Under the pieces are notes generated by a model. The model made no database searches. It saw nothing but the letters and a program-made list of their open reading frames with translations, and had not been told where the DNA came from. Positions 34,793 through 44,700 of a stretch of DNA of 64,000 nucleotides are shown piece after piece. Source of the stretch: Macrostomum lignano (Eukaryota); contig NIVC01003094.1 of the NCBI GenBank assembly GCA_002269645.1, positions 1 through 64,000 on the forward strand, given 5' to 3'. Position 1 is the first letter of the stretch, and each line of letters begins with the position of its first letter. The translations under genes and the position numbers were made by a program.

Positions 34793-37700
34793 TCACAGCA
34801 CGCTAACAGGATCGGGCACAGCCGGCAGGCGGCCAAACTCCGAAGCGGCCCGATTGCGCAGGCTGGCCAGCCCCAGCCGGTGGTACAGGTGCGCCAGCAG
34901 CAGACAGCAGAGCCGCTGACGGCCTACGCAGCCAATCGCGCGGAAGCCTCGCCTAGCGGCCAGAAGCCGGCGTACAGCAGCCGGAGCCGGTCCAGAGCCG
35001 ACAGGGCCTGGGCTTCCAGCAGCAGCAGTCGGGCGCGCAGGCACAGCGACGCCTGCGACATCAGGTAGCATCGGCCGGGCGCCAGTTCGGCCAGGGCGTC
35101 GGCCGGCCGGCCGGAGGCGTGCAGAGCGGCAGCCTGGTACAGGCGAATCAGCGGGTCCAAGTTGAACAGGCGGTCGCCAATCAGCTGGCGGCACTGAGCC
35201 AGCTCTGAGTAGATCAGGCTCGGCACCGGCCAATAAGCGCCGCTTCGCACAGCAGCAGGCGCGCCCTGACGGCCAGAGCGGCAGCCGGGGTGCCTTTGTC
35301 GGAGCTGAGCAGGGCCAGGGCCTGGCCGCACAGGCTGTGAGCAGTGTGCAGGTTAGCCAGGCCGAGCTGGGCGACAGCCCGCTTCAGCAGCGAGTCGGCC
35401 GCTATGCAGGCGTCGCCACCGTCGCCAAGCTGTTGGACATCGGCGGCGGCGGCCAAGGAGGCGGCGCGGGCGTGATCAGAGCTGAATAGGGCACGCTGGA
35501 ACTGCAGCTCCCGTCTGGCCGTGTCCAGCGCCTGGGTTAGCGGGGAGCGCAGCTCGCGCAGATTGCGCTGCAGGCTATCCAGCAGGTCGCTGGCCAAGTC
35601 TGAGGCGCCCTGACAGCGGAAGTGTAATCAGGGACGCTTGATCATTGAGTCAGGTGACTTCTGCTACCCTCCATCTATTCACCCTCCATTTGCTACCCTC
35701 CATCTATTCACCCTCCATTTGCTACCCTCCATCTATTCACCCTCCATTTGCTACCCTCCATCTATTCACCCTCCATTTGCTACCCTCCATCTATTCACCC
35801 TCCATTTGCTACCCTCCATCTTTCCACCCTCCTTTGCTATTTTCCATCTATTCACCCTCCATTTGCTACCCTCCATCTATTCACCCTCCATTTGCTACCC
35901 TCCATCTATTCACCCTCCATTTGCTACCCTCCATCTATCCACCCTCCTTTGCTACCATCCATCTCTCACCCTTCATTGCTACCCTCCATCCACCCTCCGT
36001 TGCTACCCTCCATCCACCCTCCGTTGCTACCCTCCATCCACCCTCCGTTGCTACCTCCATCCACCCTCGTTCTCCTCCATACCCTCCATTGCTACCCTCC
36101 ATCCATCCTCTGTTGCTACCCTCCATCCATCCTCCGTTGCTACCCTCCATCCACCTCCGTTGCTACCCTTCATCCATCCCCGTTGCTACCCTCTACCTAC
36201 TTCAGTCACTCACCTGTTCGCCCAGTTGGACAGCCAGTTGAGCAGCTGCCACAGCCACGGACTCATTGAGCAGCGGAATGCCTCTCTCGACAGGTCAGTT
36301 AGCAGCAGCACCTGGGCCAGCACGCTGGACACGCTGTGCAACCCGAACAGGTGACAGGCCGACAGCACCTGCTGCACAGTGGATGCAACAATCAGTTTAG
36401 GCTTGCCGGCAGCCCCGGCCTTGTCCAGCAGGATGCGGGCGAGGACGCCGCGCAGCGGAACTGGGCAGGACAGCAAACGGCGAGCGTCCGAACGCATCTG
36501 CGACAGAGCCAGCTCGGCCGGGGATCTGGCCTGCGGGCGGACGGGGAATTATTCAGTGTTTCTAAATCGGGATTTCCCAGATGTCTCTAATCGGGATTTC
36601 CCAGACATCCTCAATCGAAATCGGGATTTCCCAAATGTCCCTAATCAAAAAAGGGATTACCCAGACATCCCAATAGAATATGGATTTCCCAGATGTCCCT
36701 AATCGAAACCGGGATTTCCCAGATGTCCCCAATCGAAATCGGGATTTCCCAGATGTACTTTATCAAAATTGGGATTTCCCAGGCATCCCTATTCAAAATC
36801 GGAATTTCCCAGATGTCCCGAATCAAAATGAGATTTCCCAGATGAAACTTATCGAAATTGGGATTTCCCAGATGTCCATAATCAAAATCGGAATTTCTCA
36901 GATGTCCCAAATCAAAGTCAGGATTCCCCAGATATACCTAATCAAAACCGGGATTCCTCAGATGTCCCTAATTGAAATCGGGATTTTTTAGATGTCCTCA
37001 ATTGAAATCAGGATTTCCCAGATGTAACTTATCGAAATTGGGATTTCCAAGATGTCCCTAATCAAAATCGGGATTTCTCAGATGTCCCTAATTGAAATCG
37101 GGATTCCCCAGATGTTCCTAACTGAAATCGGGATTTCCCAGGCTTCTTGAGTATAATCGGAACATTTGCAGGAAAGCCACGCTACTCACCCTATCGGGAC
37201 CGGCCTCGCCCCTGGCCAAGCAGTGCAGCAGGGCTTCCTTAAGCGGCATCTGGGCCTCGTCTCTGAAACCGAAATAGTGCATCATAGACGCCAGCGCCAT
37301 CACGTCGTAGGCGTTGCCTAAACCGCCATCGCCGCGTTCGCCGCGCAAATCGAAATAGCGCGCGCAGATGGCGCTCAGCGCCGGTCCGATCGCGCTGGCG
37401 GACAGAATTGAGATAGCGCAGGAACAGCAGCGAGTCCAGGCCCGGGTGCAGGCTGCACAGCCGGCTTAGCCGCTCCTCCAATTCGTTAGGATCGGCCGCT
37501 TCAGATGGATTGTGCTCAAGTAGGAAGGCCTGCTCAGCAACCAGAGCCTCAGCTCGGCGCCTGTCCAGTTGCCAGGCGTCAGGCTCGTCCTCAGGCAGGA
37601 ACCGATTCGTGTCCAGCAGGCCGTGCGTGTGAAGCTCCTGGCGTGGGGATGGTTTTACAGTGCTGCACTCTTGGCTGCCCAGCAGAGTCATAGGTGAATG

Positions 37701-39575
37701 CATGTCTGCTATTCTTTGTCTACCTTTCTGAATTTTCCCAATTCCTTAATCTAATTCAGTTCTTTGGTTCCCCTGGTTGGTTAAACCCGACCCATAACCC
37801 TACCCTAAACCCCCCATAACCCTACCCTAAAGCCCATACCCTAAACCCGCCCCATAACCCTACCCTAACCATAACCCTACCCTAAACCGCCCCATAGCCC
37901 TACCCTAAACCCGCCCCATAACCCTACCCTAACCATAACCCTACCCTAAACCCGCCCCATAGCCCTACCCTAAACCCGCCCCATAACCCTACCCTAACCA
38001 TAACCCTACCCTAAACCCCCCATAACCCGCCCATAACCCGCCCCATAGCCCTAACCTAAACCCGCCCCATAACCCGCCCCATAGCCCTACCCTAACCGCC
38101 CCATAACCATAGCCCTAGCCTAAACCCGCCCCATAGCCCTACCCTAAACCTCTCAACCCCTTTTCCATTTCGGCACGCACCACCTCCTCATTCTGCCTCC
38201 TTCGGAGGTCGTCCGGCCCCGGGAAAGTGTCGTTAGCGTCCACGCTGCGCGCGTAATAGTACATCCGCAGTCGGCCAACAAGTTATAGGCCTGGCAAACG
38301 TCCTAGACTGGAACGCGTACACAACTTTGCGCATGAAAGCACCGCACACGCTGCTGGGCGACAGGCCGGGACCGCCGTTGCGCGCCGCGGACTTCGTCTC
38401 GGTAAAGCGAATTAAGCGCCTGAGAAGACAGGTAGGTCTCCAGCATGTGGAACGGGCTGCGCGTCTCTTTGGCCGGCTGCTTCATGAAGAATTGACGGAT
38501 GCGTCTGTCCACCTGGTGGATTTGGTTACAGTTGGAATATTAAGTTGATAGACAGCAGACAAGAGAACTGACAGCTTTCCCGACCACTTTGCGAGCTATA
38601 GTACTAGCTAACTACTGCAATATATAACTAGTTAGGTAAGTAACTGAATAATTAGCTAACTAACTAGCCAACTAACTAACTAGCTAACTAACTAACTAAC
38701 TAATTAACAAGCTAACTAATTAACTAACTAATTAATTAACTAACTAACCAACTAACTAACCAACTAATTAACTAACTAACCAACTAACTAACCAACTAAT
38801 TAACTAACTAACTGACTAACTAACAACTAACAACTAATTAACTAACTGACTAACTAGCTCCTCGTAACTAACTTTTCCAACGGAAAATCATCGATAACCA
38901 CGGATACTATGATAACTAGATTGGTCACATAGCCATATTTGCATACTGGGACAATTTCTCAACTTTCAGCTCAGTAGCGAGGAAGAATGTGTAAGCTGGC
39001 CCAGATAAGAGGCTAAGAAGGATAAGAGGCCCAATAAACGATTACTGTCTTTGAATAAATCAATTCCCAACAGACTATTTCTTTATTCAATCATAGATGA
39101 GACTCACCTGCTTGCACAGGGTCGGCTTCATCACAGCCCGACCGCGCGACATCAGCGTCTCCATAGGAAACAGCTGCTCAGCATCCAGCTGATCCAGAAT
39201 GAAGTTAAACAGTTCGAATTTCTCTAATGGCGTTCGAGCTAAGCCGGAGTCTTGCTGCTTCTGCTGCAGGCCCATCGCCGAAAGGCCGCTTGTGTCGGCG
39301 CCTCCCGCTCCGTCTGACATCATCGACACGGAGGCCAGCTGCGAGCCGTCCAGCGCGCAGCCGCTAGTGGTGTGGCACAGCTGCAGATACTCTCTAATGA
39401 TGACAAACATGCACACATTGTGCGGAGTCAGATACTCCTGATAGGTCTCGGCCGCTCTAGCCAGATCGTCTTCGCTGTGCAGCTGCGCGGCCGCCGCCGT
39501 AGCAGCCGGATCGTGGTCGCCGAAACCGCCGACGCCGCCGCCGGCGACGCTGGCAGTGCCGCCGCTGAGAAACAT
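34793..39575 (-). CDS. ANAPC5: Anaphase-promoting complex subunit 5 (multi-exon, ~7 apparent frameshifts)
   Basis: Recognisable APC5 blocks: YLTPHNVCMFVII; PSSVCGAFMRKVVYAF; AEALVAEQAFLL..LFLRYLNSVR; MALASMMHYFG; NESVAVAAAQLA..EQ; C-terminal LYHRLG..RNRAASEF. Exons ~39575-39108, ~38515-38185, ~37650-37192, ~36530-36213, ~35610-34793. The frame switches several times inside exons. Confidence 0.85.
35660..36195. repeat. 29/24-bp CCATCTATTCACCCTCCATTTGCTACCCT minisatellite, ANAPC5 intron
   Basis: Direct reading. Confidence 0.9.
36565..37140. repeat. ~30-bp AATCGGGATTTCCCAGATGTCCCTAATCAA minisatellite, ANAPC5 intron
   Basis: Direct reading. Confidence 0.9.
37787..38150. repeat. Telomere-like C-rich repeat (CCCATAACCCTACCCTAAACCCG), ANAPC5 intron
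   Basis: Direct reading; runs of GGG on the minus strand. Confidence 0.85.
38626..38857. repeat. (TAAC)n degenerate microsatellite
   Basis: Direct reading. Confidence 0.9.
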
Positions 39576-40412
39576 GAAGAGAGCCGACTGTAAGCAGCAC
39601 TAACTATTGTCTTTCTTTCAATCTCTTTAACTGTTGGCTCAGTGAGAGTGTTTGACAGCAGGAAATCAATGAGGAGACACTGATGCTTTTTATATTTAGT
39701 TTACCGGTTTTCGAAAGTCGAAAACCAAGCCCACTCGGCACCTTGACTTCCATATACTAAAAATGGTCTGTCGGTATCTATCTATCTAGGTATGTAGGTA
39801 TGTGATCGATTTTGTCACGTGACTGCCCCGACCCAATAACGACTTTATTAATCCTGGAAGGGCTTAAATGCTCATTGGATTGCCAAAGAGTGTCAGCCGA
39901 TATGTAGCGTTAATAATTTACGTTTCTTGGAAATTCCTAGGAGGCAGGTTTTACCGAAAAAAGACATTAAGGAGAATGGAGGTTTTCATTTTTCGGCACA
40001 AAATTTGCAATTGATTTTGATAGTAGACAGTAGATCCTACCTACAAGTCCCGTGCCTAAAAATCATAAAAATAACACTGCTCAACTCATTGGTTTTATGA
40101 ATCGAGACAATAATAAATTTTAAGAGGCTCTCGTCAAACTGAAAGCCAGTGTTTGACAAAAAACATATGATAAAAATAGGCACTTTTATTTCCTATTAAC
40201 AAACAAAAATGAACAATGCAATAGTTAGTTTCAATATCAAGGCAACAAATAAATAAACTAATAAATTATAGCTGGGACGGAGATATCTCGCCTATTTAAG
40301 TGGAGATTTAACTCGTCTATAAAACAGAACGAAATCTAAAATCTGCAGTTTTAAGATTTGGCTTTATCAGCGCTAGAAATATGTGGAATGTCCCGGATTT
40401 CCTCATTATTAA

Positions 40413-40895
40413 TTAATTATCCTCCTGCTGTCCCTGTTTGGCAGTCAGCCGGTCCAAGAATGCCGCATTTGCCGCGCGCATCTCCTCGCGCCGGCGCTTC
40501 TCAGCAACGCCGCCAGCAGCGGCGCCACCGCGCCCAGCGCCCGAAGTTCGCGCAGGAGGCGCGCGTCGAACAGACGGCGAAGCGGCTGGCGCCACCGACG
40601 GGCCGCCGGGCGCCAATCGACGCAGATTCGACGACTTCGCGGCGCCGCCAGCACTAGAAGTCGTTGCGTTTGTCGACGCCCGAGTCGTTGTTCTAGCGCC
40701 GACTGTTGGCGCCGGCGCCTGTCGCGGCGCCACCGTAGGCGCCAAACGAACGCCGCGACCAGGAAATCCGGGAGCTGAAGATGAGGCGGCAGCGGCCGTC
40801 CGACTGGGCCTCTCTGAGGAAGCTGGAGCGGCGGCGGCTGCCGGCCGATGCAAACTGACAGCACCGCCTGAGCGTCCCGAGCCGCGCGAGGCCAT
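40413..40895 (-). CDS. Unknown intronless 160-aa Ala/Arg/Pro-rich protein with C-terminal helix (EKRRREEMRAANAAFLDRL)
   Basis: GC-rich ATG-to-stop ORF between AT-rich flanks, with AATAAA downstream (~40185). The C-terminal motif loosely recalls the KIAA1430/CFAP97-type helix (unverified). Confidence 0.55.
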   Translation of the reverse strand: MASRGSGRSGGAVSLHRPAAAAAPASSERPSRTAAAASSSAPGFPGRGVRLAPTVAPRQAPAPTVGARTTTRASTNATTSSAGGAAKSSNLRRLAPGGPSVAPAASPSVRRAPPARTSGAGRGGAAAGGVAEKRRREEMRAANAAFLDRLTAKQGQQEDN

Positions 40896-41015
40896 GACCG
40901 GAAGCGAATAAGCTTGAGCATTTTAGATCCTGATATCCATCATAACCATAGCCATAATAATCTAGGTGGCGACTCGTTAATTTAAAATTTCTAACACAAC
41001 CATACTTTACAGTAT

Positions 41016-41455
41016 CCTACAGCCTTATCAGCAGCCCCAGCATCTTACAGCCTCATCAGCAGCCCCAGCATCCTACAGCCTCATCAGCAGCCCCAGCATC
41101 CTACAGCCTCAACAGCAGCCCCAGCATCTTACAGCCTTATCAGCAGCCCCAGCATCCTACAGCCTCAACAGCAGCCCCAGCATCTTACAGCCTTATCAGC
41201 AGCCCCAGCATCCTACAGCCTCATCAGCAGCCCCAGCATCCTACAGCCTCAACAGCAGCCCCAGCATCCTACAGCCTCATCAGCAGCCCCAGCATCTTAC
41301 AGCCTCATCAACAATTCCAGCATCCTACAGTCCAGTCCCATCAACAGCCTCAGCATCCAAAAATATATCAACAGCCTTAGAATCCCAGTCTCAGCAACAA
41401 TTCCAGCATCCTACAGTCCTATAAACAATTCCAGCATCCTACAGTCTCAGCAAAA
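41016..41455. repeat. 28-bp CAGCAGCCCCAGCATCCTACAGCCTCAT minisatellite; same family at 43725-43959 and 46666-47040
   Basis: Direct reading; the LTR element is inserted inside the intronic copy. Confidence 0.88.
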
Positions 41456-41728
41456 ACTCCATCACACACTGTTGGTAGTTCCCAGAATAAATGATGACTA
41501 GAAATTATCAAATAAGAAATAAAGCCGATTAGCATGAATTTATAGTTAGGCAACAAAATTATATTTCATAACAAACTATAAACAGCAAGACTGAGAAAAG
41601 TACAAATTTCAGGTACAGGTAACTGTAGCAATAAGTTTCTAGCAGCAATAAATTCAGCAGTTAATTGGCTTCTTTTTAAGACAATTAAATGCACTATTTT
41701 AATTTAAAAGTACAACGTTATAGCGAAA

Positions 41729-44700
41729 TCAATCGCGCTTTTTCGCCTCACTGTCACCTTGCATTCGCCGTCTGTAGGCATCAAACAGGCGCCAGGCAAT
41801 CCAGGCGTTGCTTAGCAACACAAACAGACTGGCTAGCCAGACTAATTCAACTATAGGCAGGCGGCGAAACTCCAGCAGGTAGGCCAGGCCGAGCCAGACA
41901 GCCTGCGGCAGCAGCCAAGCTATGGCCAGCTGGCATAGCAACCACCGGCCACTGGACGGGAACAGACGGTACAGCAATAGCGGTAGAAACACCAGGTACC
42001 AAAGGAAGTACTGAGAAGTTATTACCTGAAGCCAGAGGGGGTAAACACATCCAGTATATATGCTACCAAGATACTGACAGAACTCAGTAGTTAGAGTAGT
42101 TATAGTATCATAGCTTTTTGCTTTTCTTCAACCTACGTTTGAAAAATCCAAAACAGAATGGGACTCGAACACAGTTTCCCAGGCCTCACAAATGCACTCA
42201 TATTTAACACAACACCCAGTCTATGCAATCCAGTGTAACACTGACACCTAATCCAATCCACTCCAGTGTAACACTGACACCTAATCCAATCCACTCCAGT
42301 GTAATACTGATACCTAATCCAATCCACTCCAGTGTAACACTGACACCTAATCCAATCCACTCCAGTGTAATACTGATACCTAATCCAATCCACTCCAGTG
42401 TAACACTGACACCTAATCCAATCCACTCCAGTGTAATACTGATACCTAATCCAATCCACTCCAGTGTAACACTGACACCTAATCCAATCCACTCCAGTGT
42501 AATACTGATACCTAATCCAATCCACTCCAGTGTAATACTGACACCGAGTCCATCCACTCCAGTGTAATACTGACACCCAGTCCATCCACTCCAGTGTAAT
42601 ACTGATACACAGTCCATCCACTCCAGTGTAATACTGACACCCAGTCCATCCATTCCAGTGTAATACTGATACACAGTCCATCCATTCCAGTGTAATACTG
42701 ATACACAGTCCATCCACTCCAGTGTAATACTGATACCCAGTCCATCCACTCCAGTGTAATACTGATACACAGTCCATCCATTCCAGTGTAATACTGACAC
42801 CCAGTCCATCCACTCCAGTGTAATACTGACACCCAGTCCATCCACTCCAGTGTAATACTGACACCCAGTCCATCCATTCCAGTGTAATACTGACACCCAG
42901 TCCATCGACTCCAGTGTAACACTGACACCCAGTCCACCCACTCCAGTGTATAGATATGAATAATACTGACACATAGTGCATCCACTCCAGTGTATGAATA
43001 ATACTGACACCCAGTCCATCCACTCCAGTACTGGACTATCCCTGACACCTAATCTCTTACATAATGCGAAAAAAGGTCGCACAGATGCGCCCAAAGGTGA
43101 GTTCGCTGGCTCAGTGATTAAGAAGACCAGCTGACGAAAAGAGAAAAGTAAAATACTGGGAGTTCAAATACTAATTTTGGACACCCATTTCGAACAGGCT
43201 CGCACCTTATTCAGACTGACAAAGCCGAAGGTGACAAAGAACCAGCAGGCATCCTGATGAGGCACAGCCCAGGAAAACAGCAGCACGGAGCCGGCCTGCA
43301 AGCCGAACGCCAGGCCGGACACGGCGCGCAGAATCCGAGGCCCGAGCAGTCGCATTGGCAGAAAGTACACCGAGAAATTGTGCTGCGGATCCAGCCGACC
43401 AAAATGGTACAGGTAGGCCTGCGACATGAACTCATTGCCATAGAGATGATAGAACAGCGCTAGTGGTGCGCCAAAGCTGAGGGCGGCGCAGATGGCTAAG
43501 CGGATCAGGCGACTAACAGCTTGAGAGGCGCTGGCAGATGTGCGCCAGACATGCAGACAGATCGCTGGACAGTAGATCACCGGGTACAGCTTGGCGTGCA
43601 CCTGCATCGGTATAAAAAAGCCAACAGTTAATTAAGCAACTCTATTTGTACCTCGATATAGACTAGCCTCGCTGACTTAAAAATCATCCGGGTGCTAAAT
43701 TTTACTCGGATGAGCATTAAACAGGCTCATCAACAGTCCCAGCAGCTCACAGCCTCATCAACAGTCTGCATCCCACAGCCTCATAAACAGTCCCTGCATC
43801 CTACAGCCTCATTAACATTCCCAGCAGCTCACAGCCTCATCAACAACCCCAGCATCCCACAGCCTCATCAACAGCCTCAGCATCCCACAGTCTGCCCAGC
43901 AGTCCCAGCATCCCACAGCCTTATCAACAGCCTCAGCATCCCACAGTCTGCCCAGCAGTTGTCGCGAAATTTCAGCTTACGCTAATAGAATTCACTTGCT
44001 CCCTTTTCATTTTCTTCCATTCCCTGTGTGCCTAGTCCATCTTCTATCTCTTATCTTGTTTTCCGATTATCGATCGGTGAGTTTTCAGTCAGCCCCCCCC
44101 TCGGTCTCGTTAGAGCATTTTAGCCCTCGCCCTTCTTACCCATTTTCTTCTTATCTATTCTCTACCCCCCTCTCTCAACCACGCAAATAAATATACTGCT
44201 GGAGGAGCCTTTTCATCTTAACTTTGTTTTTCAAGTTGTTATTGTCAACGTATTCACTGGCCTCACTGGACTCCGTTTCCTCAACCGGTGGCCGAAGAGT
44301 CCACGTCTCAGTCTGGTACAGTGCTTCTTGCCTCTGTGGCTGCAACCACGCTCCTTGATCGTGAGTCTGGTTCGGATTCCCCAACTTCGGACATGTCTTC
44401 AATTATTGATGTCGAGCGGTTCTCTAGTTTTAACAAGTTACTTCGCGTCACAGCTTGGGTCAGGCGTTTCGTTCTGAATTTAAAAGCCTCGTTGGCGCGG
44501 TCACCGCTGCAAAAATTCAATTTTGTGACCGCAGCAGAGTTGCACACGTGTGAAACACTCTGGCTCCGTTCTGCTCAACGTTCTGGATTCTCGAAAGAAA
44601 TCGATCACCTCTCGAAACACTCGACAGCTACTCCGCTGTGCAGGGATCTAAATCTGGTTCTCGACGACGAAGGTTTGCTTCGATCGAAAGGACGAATCGG

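Noticed and set aside
37787-38150. Telomere or chromosome end (also 49207-49250)
   Set aside because: Degenerate, short, and embedded in an intron or repeat, with unique sequence on both sides.
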